Shown here: one piece after another, positions 27,143-61,291 of the stretch
How the letters are laid out: each line of letters begins with the position of its first letter
Position numbering within the stretch: position 1 is the stretch's first letter
From: Camelus dromedarius
Lineage: Eukaryota
Length of the DNA stretch: 64,000 nucleotides
NCBI RefSeq assembly: GCF_036321535.1
Contig: NC_087444.1
Coordinates: 79,670,001-79,734,000, forward strand
Reading direction: 5' to 3'
Made by a program: the position numbers and the translations under genes
Notes under the pieces: model-generated
Seen by the model: only the letters and a program-made list of their open reading frames with translations
Database searches by the model: none
Told to the model about the DNA's origin: nothing

Positions 27143-28820
27143 GTGACATCCTTTGCCTTTTGTTCCTACTACTATTAGAGGCTGAGGAACATGTGTAGCA
27201 AGACAGAGTGGTCACCACTTTGGTTCTAAATTTCTCCCTGGCTTCTCTGTAGATAGTGAATCCAGTAAGGAAGAATTGATGGAGGACAGAGGGCAAAAAC
27301 CACTGTATATAGTCCAGGAATCTGATGCCAAAGGACTGGCCTAGGATGCTGGCATTGGAGATGGTCAGGAGAGGATGAACTGGGACATGTTAGGAAAAAC
27401 AGCTGGCAAGACGTGCATAATTAAGATGATGGGTTAAGCCCCAGAAAATGACTTTTTCCCTTTAAGACACTTTGCATCTGTGGACCTGAAGCGCTTAGCC
27501 TGTTTTGATGGATTTCTCAATCAGCTCCCAGCAAGCATATGTTGATTAACTGAAGTCAAACTTTCTAATTTTCGGGACACAATAGACGACCAGTTCCTGA
27601 CAACACGATGGTTTCTTGGGTAGTTGAGTTTTTCATGGCCTTGATTTCCTTGGACCTGCCCATATTAGATGAGACTGGATAGCAAGACTTGCTGGGTGAT
27701 GCTGTGTATCTGTAGCATCTGTAGATGTAGGTATCTGAGGATGCCACGGCATGTTAGTTGTTGTCTGAATAGTAATTCAAAACTTGTCCTTCAGCTTCAC
27801 TTGATGAAAATTAAATCCCTTGCCAAGGAAGTCTAGGGCCATCCAAAACTGTTGACAGGGACTTGGATATTCCATACCATATAATGTAACAGTTGATATA
27901 TTTAGGTTTAAATATATCCTCTTATTTTGTGAATTTATTCACCTACCTGTTTCAATTTATCTTGTCCTTTTAAAAAACTTAACACTATTTAGTAGTTATT
28001 TGTAACAATTTTTTGTTCTAGTTTTGAACATCTACACCCTTATCATTGAAGCTGAAAATCCCTTTTTTAACACATTGGAGCACAGAGCTATGGATACATA
28101 TTTTTCTTCCCTCTAGATATTACAAAGGATTTACAACATTAATTAACTTGGCCCATAATAACATATATGCTATTCAAGTTATGCATATTAATTCCATCAT
28201 TCTAAATCCATAAGGAAATATTGTTATGCTTTACACAATGAATGACACGTGTCAATCTACAGATGCACTTCTCTCTCGGATCATCATTCTATCACAGATC
28301 TTTCAACAGGAATAACAGTCCCTTGACCATTGTCCTTCCACATAACAGTTTAAATTTATCCGTGTTAGTTATACATTAATTTTTTCACTTGACTTCAAAT
28401 TTTGTTTTGTACATTCTGAAGGACGTATTTAGTGTATATGGAAACCTTGTTTCATGAATTTCTCTTCAGCACTTGGCAGAGGCCCTCCCACTTGTGTCCT
28501 GTACCAGAACTATATATTGGGAGTGAATGGTGACAGATTACTTGTCATTTTATCTATAGTCTCCTTGTCTTAGTTTATGTTAGGGACAGAAAGGCTCACA
28601 TTTAGACTGAGACAATAACTGGATGTGATTTGGAGCTGTCCCACTAAAGAGTGGCCGAGAGTGCTGTATGTGTAGGAAGAAAAAGAAAATGAGTATCTGG
28701 TGACCAGACTGAGGGATGGCACTAGAAACAGGATAGATCCTCTCCAAGCCAGTTTTCTTTTCTGAATCCCCAGCTTTCATTCTGATTAAGTTGAATGATG
28801 TAAACTCGAGTTTTACACAA

Positions 28821-29316
28821 TGGACAAGGGGCAAAAGTGATTGTGAAATTGTGTCAGAACCTCGTGGGATCGGAAAATGAAACTAAGATTAACAGGACAA
28901 AAGCATCTGCATTTTATTGAATTTTTACATATATCTTGGAGACTTCAAAGGAGAACAAAGAAGTGACCAGAGTAGGAAGCTTTTATATACATTTACACAA
29001 AGAAAGAATAAATTATTAAAAAAAAAAAAAAGACTAATGGGTTTTGGTGGTGGGTAGTAAATGATGAAAAAGTAACAATTTATGTTTGCACAGTGTTCTC
29101 AGGCCTTTGTTCTCTATCCCTGTTGATGAAAGATGTACCCTCTGCTACAGAGTATCTTTCACATAGGAGATGTATCTCCTGATTTCACGGAAGAAGGGCA
29201 AAGGTGGGGAGTGTGCTGAGTGACCTTCCTGCTTCTGTGGTCTTCTTCAACTCTTTGAGCTTGATACTCAATATGCCAAGGTGCCATATTTTGAGTAGTG
29301 TGTACTGAACCCATCA
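28821..29316 (-). mobile_element. MER34/MER39-like ERV1 LTR, with probable decayed internal sequence leftwards to ~24000
   Basis: Reverse complement starts TGATGGGTTCAG...CAAAATATGGCACCTTGGCATATTG, has AATAAA, ends CCCCTTGTCCA. Family name from recall. Confidence 0.55.
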
Positions 29317-29399
29317 AAGTTAACAGGAAATGGGTAGAAATGATCCCCTCAAGCCTCACTTCTAGGGTAGCATAGCTAGTCCCCCTATGGATTGATTCT

Positions 29400-29713
29400 T
29401 CTAGGAAATTAAAATGGAGTTATTTAGAGGGAACTGCTGTCAGGTTGGCTTATAGGGAAATGAACAGAGGAACACCCCTCACTGCCCCTTTCATAAAATA
29501 TCAAAGTGAAACCTGATGTACAGGTTAGAACAATCATTGGCTAGTGCAGGGGATCAGGAGGGTGGGCAACTAAGCAGGCACTTACTGATTAGGCTCTATG
29601 ATTAACAGGGAAGGGTGAGTTCTGTGAGGAGCCTAGGTGAAGCAGGGACTAATGGAACAGGGGAGGTTCAAAGAGCAAGACAACAGCCTTCTTGGGTAGC
29701 CTGATCATACACA
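29400..29713 (-). mobile_element. ERV1-type LTR fragment, paralogous to 7528-7800
   Basis: Shared sequence (ATGAACAGGCCACCC / ATGATCAGGCTACCC; TTAATCA.AGAGCCTAATCAGTAA) and the same 5' junction. Confidence 0.6.
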
Positions 29714-30515
29714 TCAGTGTTTCTCACTGAGTTGGGCACAATTGCTAACTATACAGGCATAAGAGCCTTTTCTGTGGGAAAGAGAAGCAGTGCTCTTCCC
29801 CTTGTCCATCTGCTTTAGAGCCGCCCAATATCTCCTCTCCATATTTCATGGTCCTGTCTGACTTCCTCCATGTCAAAAAGTGACTTTCACACTTCAGGCT
29901 GTATGTATTTCAAGAGCAATAGGATAATGTTTATGTGCTTCCAGTTACCTGGGTTGGACTCGCGGAGTCTGAGATACTGTTCAAACACTTCAGTGATCAG
30001 TAGTGCCTAAGGCCCTCAATGCTTTCAGCACCCCACCTCCGCTATGGTTCTGCTGCCCTCTTCAGAAGGATGAATCCCTCCCCCGTCCTAGGGGCCATTT
30101 CCCAGTGCCCCCCGCGGTGGTCCTTGGCTCTTTTCCTGGTTATTCTCTTGTGGGGCGTCCTTCTCAGAGGCCTTGGCACTACGTTACCCAGAAGATTGTG
30201 CGCCAAGGGGCAGCGACGTTAGTCCAATGAAAACCCAGAAAGGAGGCGTTTCCGGGTCAGCGAACATTTCGGGGAGGGGCTTCCGGCGCCTACTTGGCGG
30301 CCATTTGGTTGCTGTGGAGTCTGTTGGCCACGTGAGAAGGTTGCGTGTCCCGTGAGGGGAGCGAGGTGACGGCCTAGAAGGCGCAGGAGGAGGCTCTGTC
30401 CGCGCTGCACGGGGGCGGGTGTGAGGGTCGGGGACACCGCCGCCTGCGAGGAGTGTCGGTGCCGAGCCGACGCGGTCACTAGGCTGCGGCCACTCTGCTC
30501 CGCGCAGAGGCTCGG

Positions 30516-37224
<6,709 letters not shown>

Positions 37225-37474
37225 GCCCAGTGAATGTGGGAAACCTTTTACTGCTGTCTGGCCTCTGTCATCAGAGAGTTCACACTGGAGAAAGGCCTTA
37301 TTAGTGCAGGGAATGTGATAAGTCTTTTACCCAAAAGAGCCATTTGCTTCAACATCAGAAGGTTCACACTGGAAAAGGGGCCTTGTGAATGCAGTGAATG
37401 AGAACCACACTCGGGGTGTAGGAGTTTGAGGTGGTAAGAGGTTGGGAGGACGCAACTGCATTAGGCCTGCAGCC

Positions 37475-37580
37475 AAGAGACCATTTCTAGGGAGGAAACT
37501 GAGGCCCAGAGAGGGAGTGTCATCTTGTGAACTCCCAGCTTGGACAGGGATTTAGGATTCAACGCCAGGTTGCCTCATTT
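37475..37580 (+). mobile_element. MIR SINE in the gene C 3' region
   Basis: GAGGAAACTGAGGCCCAGAGAGG core. Confidence 0.65.
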
Positions 37581-38699
37581 GAGGCATGGAGATTCTGGTC
37601 ATTGCTCTAGTTTTTCCCTCCCAACCCTCTGTAGAAACTCTTAACAACTCCTTGTCCATCCTAACACCCTCTGTTGCCCCAGTCCAGGTGCCTTGCTCTT
37701 ACACCCATCCCGCGCTGCTGTACAGGAGGGTCTTTTTATTCAGAGCCAACTCTGATGGCATTCTGTGAATGACCCCATTTGTCTAGACAACCTGCCAGGT
37801 GCTTAGAATCTATTATTATCCTCATTCTGAAACTAGGGATCTGCTGCTCAGTTTGAGGGACTTCCACAAGGGGACACGGCTGCGAGGGCATTGATGAAAG
37901 TGGTTCTTCAACACTCCACACGTCCACTGCCTTTACTTCTGTCCTTCCCAACAGGGACTCTCCTGCAGAGACGTATCTGCCCCCCTCCCGCTCCGAAGTA
38001 ACCACAACCTTCCTGAAGGGTAAAGTATCTCCACCCAACCTTCTCCTCCACCTCCCCCAGTACGTATCTTCCTGAAAACATCTCTCCTGTGTAGTTCCTC
38101 AGAGGGACAGCAGCATCAAGCTAGGCATCCCCAGAGGGTATTCAGCATCACCCCAGATATGACACTGGCCTCAACTGCCATATGTAGTAGTTGGTTTCCA
38201 AGGACTTGTCCATCATATTCACAAGTCTTGCATCATGATATCCCTGTCACCCAGTTTCTCAGTTGATGAGGTCACTGGTCTGGGTACTGTGAGGCAGTGG
38301 AGGACTGAGTGTCCACTGTGGCTCTCACATATCCCCATCCCCAAGGCTCTTCCCTGTCACCTTCTTACCTTGGCCCACTGCTCTCTTCACCTTACCAGGA
38401 TGATGTAAATTATCAAATTACAATTGTTAATCTGCAAGAGCTTGCCTGGGCTATTGGGAACCACATTTCATCAAACTTAGATTAAAAGCTGAGGGTAGGC
38501 TGACCACTTCAGTGGAAACTAAAACCCCACGATAAAGTTATTATGATTTTAATTGCATTTCTCCCAGGACTTTTGAAGTTGTGTTTCTTTTGTGTGTCTA
38601 TTATTCACTTGTTAGTGTTCTTTAGTTAAATTTCTATTCCCGTTTTTGCCTGCCTTTATTTTGTGAATTTTGGCTGCTTTGCCTTTCATTGAGAAGTAG

Positions 38700-39620
38700 G
38701 AGAATAGGAAATCCCAAAGACAACTGTTTGAGATTTCACTCATTGAGCCCAATAATGTGAATGACTTCCCTTCTGCATGGAATAGTGATTTGGAATACTA
38801 AAAGAATATTTTCACATTTTTCCTCAATATTTTCACTATGCATAATGTAATGGCCACATACTCACATTTAAGATGAATCTCCATTATTAACATATGTATA
38901 CTCCCTCACTCTTAAGTCCAGACATTCAATGACACAGAAAATCAAACCCTTGTTTGTAGTGTTTGCCTATTTCCCTGGTGTAAATACTCCCAACATAGGC
39001 AATGTCAAACTGCCAACTTGATATCACTGAACATGGGACTGGGAATTACTGCTAGTAGCCCACCATTACATTTTTTCCACCATACGGGTACAGTAGCTGC
39101 AAGTAATTTTAAGAATGTAGCTAATAAACCATAGAAAAATGATTATAAAGTGACAGGTTTTTCATATTTGATTTAATAATAGTTTAATGGATGTATTGTT
39201 GACTTAAAATTTCACATATTTAAAACGTACACTTTGATGTGGTATTCCTGTACAACTCAGACCAAGTTTCCTCTTAACATTTTTAAGTTATGTTCAATAT
39301 TAGGATTACTGATGCAAGAACATATTCAACTTTTGTAATGACTTTTTAAATCTATGTATAAATGTAATGGCTGTGTGTAAAGCCTGGTGGACCCTTCCCC
39401 AATCTTACATCATTTATTATTTTCATACTTTTGTGTGTCTGTGTGTGCATGTGTGTTTGTACCATGCTGTTAGTGGTTTTTTAATTTATAACTTTGGGTA
39501 TCGTGTCAAATGCATATATTATTAGAATGCATTTCTGAAATAAAAGAGCCCTTTCATACTCTAGTAACTAAATTGCATATAAAAGTATTCAAGGTATTAG
39601 TGTACACCAGCACAACTGGG
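38700..39620 (+). mobile_element. MER63-like hAT DNA transposon
   Basis: GTGTAAATACTCCCAAC...AAACTGCCAAC...CACTGAAC and an end resembling CCAGCACA..ACTG. Name from recall. Confidence 0.55.
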
Positions 39621-39649
39621 GACTCAGTGTGGTAGGTTTTGAATGCTAG

Positions 39650-41260
39650 CACCCTTCATTGCAAGTGAAGTAAGCCAGAAAGAGGAAAAAATACCATGAT
39701 ATCACTTATATGTGGAATCTAAAAAAAAAAAAAAAAAAGACACAAATGAACTTACAAAACAGAATCACAGACATAGAAACAAACTTATGGTTACCAGCAA
39801 GGGAAGGCAGGGGGAAGGGATAAATTGGGAATTCAAGATTTGCAGATACTAATACGTATAAAACAGATAAGCAAGTTTCTACCATATAGCAGAGGGAATT
39901 AAACTGAATATCTTGTAGTAGCCTACAGTGAAAAACAACACGGAAACAAATATATGTATGTATATGTATGATTGAAACATGCTGTATACCAGACATTGAC
40001 ACAACAGTGTGAACTGACTATACTTCAATTTAAAAAAAAAAAAGGCCTAAATGTAAGACCTGAAACCAGAAAACTATTAAAAGAGAATATAGTTGGAATA
40101 TTCATTGATATACATTATAGCAACATTTTTATGGCTCTGTCTCCTAAGATAAATCCAAGCAAAAATAATCAAATGGGACCTAATTAAATTAAAAACCTTT
40201 CCCTTTGCATAGCAAAGGAAACCACTGATGAAAGGAAAAGACACCCTACTGAATGGGAGGAAATATCTGTAAGTGATAAGACCAATAAGGAGCTAATACC
40301 AAAAAATAATATAAAAAGGTCATGCTACTCAGTATCAAGAAAATACATACCATCCAATTTAAAAATGTGCAGAAGTCCTCAAACACTGCAAAGACATAGA
40401 AATGGCTAACAGGGACATCTTGAACATGTTGAAAACACGTTCAACACTGCTAATTATTAGAGAAATGGAACCAAAATAATGATGAAATAGTACCTCTCAC
40501 CTGTCAGCATGACTGTCAGCAAACATTCTACAACTACCGTATGTTGGCGAGGATGTGGAGAAAAGGGAACACTTGTACACTGTTGGTGGAAATGTAAACT
40601 GATGCGGCCACTAGGGAAAACAGTACTGAGGTTCCTGAGAAACTAATTAGAACCATCATATAATCCAGCAATTCCACTCCTGAATATATATCCAGAAAAT
40701 ACAAAACCACTAATCCAAAGTTCACAACAGCATTATTTACAGAAACCTTGACATGGAAGCAACCCAAACGACCATCAACGAATGGATAAAGATTTGCTGT
40801 ATATATAAACACTGTAGTATTAGCTGTGGCATAAAACGAATAAAATTCTGCTATTTGTAGCCAGTTGGACGGAGCTAGAGAATATTATGCCTGATGAAAT
40901 AAGCCAGACAGAAAAAGACAAGTACTGTATGGTATCACTTACATGTGGAATCAAAAGATAATACAACTGAACATATGTGAAAAATAGGGGGGAACATCTC
41001 ACAAATAAACTAGTTGTTACCAAAGGAGAGGAGGGGGTGTGGGGCAAATTAGGGGTATGGGATTAAGAGAGACAAGCTACTATGTATAAAATAGATAAGC
41101 AAGAATGATATATTGAATAGGACAAAGAATTATAGCCACTATCATGTAATACCTTAATGGTGTGTAATCTAATAATATTGAATCATTCTGTACAAGTGAA
41201 GCTAATAAAATATTGTACATCAATTATATTTCAAATAAAAAATTAAAAATAATAAATTTT
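39650..41260 (+). mobile_element. L1 3'-end fragments
   Basis: Two 3'UTR ends and an ORF2-end segment. Confidence 0.75.
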
Positions 41261-43059
41261 AAATGACCAGTTGAATTTTCCACATATAACTGATAGAAGT
41301 GTGTGTGTGTGTGTATTTATATATATAAATACTTGTATATATATGTACATCTATGTATATATATAAATTGCTTGAGATTGATGGAAGCTGACAAAATCAG
41401 TTGCCTTTTAAATACATCAGCAATACAGCGGCCCTTAGGCACACTGGATGAAGCTAAGAATTCTGCTGGTGTGGCACGACGCTGAAACCTGTGCTGTGCA
41501 ACAGCCCACCTGCCCTGTCTATGCACGACCATGACTGTATGTCCTGCATGAGTGTCTAGCAGGTCCCCTCACAAGGGGTGTCATCAATGTTGCACCCTAC
41601 TCGGGTGCCTGGGGACAGCTGGATCCAATTAAGTTCTTGCCAGCTGAGGTTGTATGTGATGGCTGAACTTCCGAGGTACCCCGTGGACAACTGAGTAAAG
41701 CTGTATAGTATTAAGTTCCTGTGTAGGTGGAGAGGCTGTTGAAACAGGCACTGAATAGAATACACATAACAGCAAAGTACCGGCCTGTGAAGACTGAACA
41801 GCCTCGTTCATTTGAATCATGTGAGGTATTGGGGTCTGAGAGATGGGACCAATGAAGCAGTAATCCACCATGAGATGCCATTCCTCCTAGGAACCTAACA
41901 CCTACGGTGGTGTCTCACACCTAAACAAAATTGGTTATTTCTCACTTCAAGGTAATAAACCTTACTTGTAGATTAAATATATTTTTTGATACGTCTTTCA
42001 ACATGATTTCTGGCCTTTTTAAAACTTTGCTCATTTCATTGATTACATTCTCTTATTTTGCCAACTACTTCCTTTTGTTATTTTCTCTTTAAATTTACTT
42101 AAAAACGTTCCTGTAAATACGTATGAGGATAAATTTAACACAAATGTTTTCCTCCCTACCTGGCTAAGTCTGAAGGGAAACAGACTTTATGGTTGTGGAT
42201 CCTTCCAATGATGTTCACATTCACTGACATCCAGTAGCGTGTCTTCTCACTTGATCTGATCTCCCGGTTGTTTGAGTCATTCCATAGCACTGTCTTGGCT
42301 CCTGTTAGATGCCTGAGTACAGCGCTGTGGTTGTAGCTCTGAAGGTGCACACTTCAAGGCCCAACCCTGGATCTGCGAAAAACAGATTTCTACTCCAAAA
42401 TATTACTGCTAATTGGACTTGTCATTACAGCATGTACCCAATATGACAACTAAAATATGATAGGCAGAGCAAAAGAGAGATTTCAATTAATCCTAGTTTA
42501 TATACACTGAATAACTTTAGAAATTAGGGGCTAAAATTTGCCCTTCTGTTAAATATGGGTGATAATGTTGAGAATGTCTAAAGTTAAAATGCTTTAAATT
42601 ATAACTGTGCTCCCTCGGAATGTTTTAAAATTTATTGAAATTCTCCAATCATTTTACAATACCCCAATTATTATGAATTACGTTGGATTACTTACGGCTT
42701 TTCTGTCAACAAGAACAAAGACACAAACTTCCAGAGGATTCATACTTAAAACAGTGTAGTTTTGACTCCAAAATAAAATGGAAAATTCCATCTCAATTTT
42801 TAATGTGCATTCTTACTGATCCTTTGAGGAAAATGTCTTCAGTTTTTTTTTCCCTCAAGAATTGCCTGTACTTTAAGTAGCTTGTCTGCTGTTTCTGTTT
42901 TTTTAAATAATTGATGTATTTAACTGAATAATTTACTGAGAAAGTGCAAATATTATAGACTGTCTTTTGTTTCCAATGAAAATTTTGTTTCAGACATGTA
43001 AGGATGTATCAAAACATCAAAATGTACATTTAAATATGTGCAGTTTATAAGTTAATTAT

Positions 43060-43400
43060 ACTTTCATTAAACAAATATTCAAGACATCACTTTCTAATAA
43101 TTGTACTATGTTTTATATCATCTGTGTCCTACAGGTTATTGTAGCTACTGGACACTTATGGTGGAATTAGAATGACATACCTCTGGCAACTCTTCCTAAT
43201 TCCACGTTTAGTGATACCATGTTGGCAGTTTGAAACTGGCCACAGTGGGCATATTTACATCAGGGAAATTAGAAAACAGTGCAAACCAGGACTTAAACTT
43301 GTATTACTGGAAGTCCACACTTAAGAATATGGGACTAATACGGATTAAACAAAGTATATTGTGTATGTGATAATTACGTTGTATACAGCATGCAAAGTAA
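43060..43400 (-). mobile_element. MER63-like fragment (mirrored at ~63870-64000)
   Basis: Same core as 38960-39100 in reverse complement. Confidence 0.5.
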
Positions 43401-45700
43401 CTGTGGGGAAAAAATGAGCTATTTATTTGCTAATGAAAAAGGAAATGAGCAAGAGATATGAACAGACATTTTACCAAGAAGATACACAGATGGCAAAAAA
43501 ACAAAAAAAAAAGTTCAACCTCATGAATCCTTAGGCAGATGTAATTAAAACTACCGCTTATTAAATTCAACAATTAAGAAATTCAAAAGATTGATCATAT
43601 TAACTATTGGCAAGAATGTAGAAGCATTTTACATACTCCTGGTGTGTATGTAAATGCAAACAAACATTTTATGTCACAGTCTGGCAGTTTTATAAGTTAA
43701 ACTTTCACCTATTCTATGACTTAGGCATTGTACATTAAGTTACTAACACAAGTGAAAAGACATACATACATACATATAGAATTACACGCAAATATTCTAG
43801 CACCTTTATTTACAACAGCCAAAACGAAAAAACTTAAATTGCCCATAACCAGGTGAATGGATAAACAAAAAATATAGAAAAGACTCTACTCATCAATAAA
43901 AAGAATGAACTATTTAGATAAGGATCACAGAAGAATCTCAGAATATTTATAAACCGTGGATGAAACCAGAAAACAAAAAGCACAGTAAACATTTTATGAA
44001 TAAAATCTTACCAAATTCTAGAAAATACAAAATAATCTATTATAAATGAAAGTAAATCAGGGGTGGTCTGGAGGTCCAGGGAGAGGAAGGACAGATAAAA
44101 TGACATGAGGTAAATGGGGATGATAGACATGTTCACTGTGATTATTTTGAGGTTTCATAGATTTATATGTAGGTAAAAATTTTTACACTTTAAATAGATA
44201 CAAGATATTGCATCTTGACTATATCTGAATAAAAATTTACAAAACGGTTCAAAAGAAAAGTCTAGATCTATCACTGTTTTCAGAAAATCAAGTCTGGCAA
44301 TCATATATTAAACTTTTTTTTTTTTTTGAATTGAAGTACAGCTGATTTACAATGTTAGTTTCTGATGTACAGAGTAATTCAAGTATATGTATATGTATGT
44401 GTGTATATACATATACACACATAACTTGCTTTTCTTTTCTAATGACCTGGGAGAAGCAGCCTTGCCTTCGTGGGAGCAAACACTGATGAGCAATGCATCC
44501 CTTCCCCCTGGGTTAGCAGGAATGCTGGCTAGTCACAGACACACTTCTCTGCCTGCTTAGCAATGGCCTTTCCTGAACATTCCAGAGAGACTACAGGAAT
44601 CCACAAAAGCAATAGCGTATTTTCTCTGACAATGACCTCAGCCACAAAAGACACACATGCCTGGAGGTCCTGAGGATTTCTGTGCATCTGTGCACACTGA
44701 TACTGCACAGTCACACTCACTGGAGCATCTGTGGATGCAGTGTGAGCAGGGGCACCCCACCTACTTCCCCGCCATCTCCTCTGCTCCAGTGGCACTTTAC
44801 CAGCATGCTCCCCCTTGGCCCTTCAGTCTTTCAGTGGCACTATCTAGTGAATTCTGGGGACTGGGGATCAGGGCATGTGGTTCTTTTGCAGGGCAACTGC
44901 TGAGCATTACGTGATACTCACCGTGACCAAGAAAAACAATCCATTTTGTTCCAGAAGCACGGGAGGGTGTCACAACTTCCTGGCTCCTCAGGGTGTTCAC
45001 TGAGCTCACAAAGAACCCTGACACCAAGTCCACAAATGAGGACCACAAAACTCGGCAGTCCTTCCTAGGAGACCCTGGGCAACAATGTACTCGGGGCTAA
45101 AGCCAGAAAGAGACCTACATTCTTCAATCACCCTGACGTGTCTGAGGCACACCACACAGGACCCCGTGAAAGCTGTGCAGTCCCTAATGCTGGTAGAGCC
45201 CAGCTGTTTTCAGATCACCACCCAGGAACAGAACCTGAAGGTCAGAGGTGGCTTAAACATTAGTGCCTTTATTATTACAAAATGCAAACAAACATGAGGC
45301 ATGCAGTTGGTGACCTGGAGGCTGGGAAAATTCAAGATAAGTGTCCCCAGAAACTGACATATCCTTGAAAATGCAGTCCTTCCTGGAAAGTCACCAACAG
45401 AATTCAGATCAGGTCCACTGGACCTAAAATGAGCCAGTCCATGCCCTAACCTGGAAATGAGACAGGAATGAGGACCCCACACGGCCTGAGACCACTCTTA
45501 TTTCCCCCTGCAAATGGGGATGGGACAGAAGTCAGCACCCTGAGAATGTTGGGACCTAACTTTTGCACACTGTGTGGACCTGCCAGGTGATAGAGGTGAA
45601 ATGAATCCTGCCAAAGAACTGGCAGTGACATAAATCTGGCAAGGGTCCTGGGCAGGTAAGAAGGTGTAACACAACTCCTGAAAGATTCTCACATACTTGG
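43240..45700. repeat. Outer left arm of the inverted duplication (44545-45700 ~99% to 61505-62662; 43240-44545 ~75-85% to 62662-64000)
   Basis: By-eye alignment of reverse complements. Mirrored ORFs sum to 107206/107207. Confidence 0.85.
43400..44230 (+). mobile_element. Old L1 3' fragment (mirrored at ~63000-63850, minus)
   Basis: Degenerate L1 3'-end motifs shared by both outer arms. Confidence 0.6.
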
Positions 45701-45902
45701 ACTGTAAGGAGAATGTCCCCAACGTGGATTTACAGATATTTTAGATGACTCCCTCAGTTTCTCTCTTCCTGTGTGATTACACTAGAAGGAAACTACATCC
45801 CAGCACATCTAAAGCCTTTCACTAGTGTGAAGTCTCTGCTGTTGAATGAGGTCAAAAATAAAAATAATTGTGGCTGGAGGATTTTTCCCACATCGACTGT
45901 AT

Positions 45903-52768
<6,866 letters not shown>

Positions 52769-54346
52769 CGGAGCAACGGGCGGAGCCGAGAGCTGACAGT
52801 CGAGCGTCCCGGGAGGACACGGCACCAACGTCCCCAGGCCGGCCTCGCGGGCGGCGATGTCCCAGACCCTACAATCGCCTCTATTCTCTGGGGACGAAGC
52901 CTCTTCTCGAGCCTTCTCTGTCTGTCACCTCGGAGCCCACCGGACGCTCCCAACCTTCCCACCCCGAGAACCGCCAAAATGACCGCCACGGAAACACCGG
53001 AAGTCCCGCCTTCATCTGGCGCGCCCTCACGGAAATGCCGGCTCTCTGGATGTTGACTGGGTGTGCGCCTCTGCCGCTCAACGCGGAGCTCTCTGGGTAG
53101 TGGAGTTCCTCCAGCCACACAGGCCTCCCCCGGGGACGCGAAGCGCCTCTCTCTCAGGAAAAGGGGCCAGCGGCTCCCTGCAGCGGCTCAGAAAGGACCG
53201 CCCTGTTCTTCCAGGTCGGGGAGAAGCTTCGCTTCCTCTCAAAGGGGAGGAAGGCCTGTTTGAGGGGACGCGGAAGTGCGCTTATAAAGCCTTCGATCCT
53301 ATTGAGCTCTCAAGTGTTCAGACGTGAAGCCGTCTCCAGTGAACAGAGTAATTCTCTCTAGCAAGTCTATAGTTAGAAATATACAGAGGACTACTCTTTA
53401 GGAAATAATAGCTATTTTGATATTTCATACAGTTAAAGTATCAACTGCATATTACGAAAATAATGTGCATTTATGAACGTTTTAGTTTTTTACGGAGAAC
53501 AATTTTATGTTTTATGGATTAGGCGGTGTTTCTCACTTGATTGGGAACTATCATTGAGTAACAAGAAGCCCAGATCCCACTGTACACATCTGCTTCACAG
53601 CTGCACATATGCCTCGTCTTCTTACTTACTGTGGACCCGTGACTTTTTTCTTGTTCTTAAAGTCCTTGTGAAAACATACTAAGCTCACAAAAATGACTAT
53701 AACGCCTCAATCTGCGCGCATTTAAAGAGCGATAAGATAATGTATAAGCACCCTGCCGCTACCGGCCGGCGTTCATTAGAGACGGCTTCACGTCTGAACA
53801 CTTGAGAGCTCAATAGGATCGAAGGCTTTATAAGCGCACTTCCGCGTCCCCTCAAACAGGCCTTCCTCCCCTTTGAGAGGAAGCGAAGCTTCTCCCCGAC
53901 CTGGAAGAACAGGGCGGTCCTTTCTGAGCCGCTGCAGGGAGCCGCTGGCCCCTTTTCCTGAGAGAGAGGCGCTTCGCGTCCCCGGGGGAGGCCTGTGTGG
54001 CTGGAGGAACTCCACTACCCAGAGAGCTCCGCGTTGAGCGGCAGAGGGGCACACCCAGTCAACATCCAGAGAGCCGGCATTTCCGTGAGGGCGCGCCAGA
54101 TGAAGGCGGGACTTCCGGTGTTTCCGTGGCGGTCATTTTGGCGGTTCTCGGGGTGGGAAGGTTGGGAGCGTCCGGTGGGCTCCGAGGTGACAGACAGAGA
54201 AGGCTCGAGAAGAGGCTTCGTCCCCAGAGAATAGAGGCGATTGTAGGGTCTGGGACATCGCCGCCCGCGAGGCCGGCCTGGGGACGTTGGTGCCGTGTCC
54301 TCCCGGGACGCTCGACTGTCAGCTCTCGGCTCCGCCCGTTGCTCCG

Positions 54347-61291
<6,945 letters not shown>

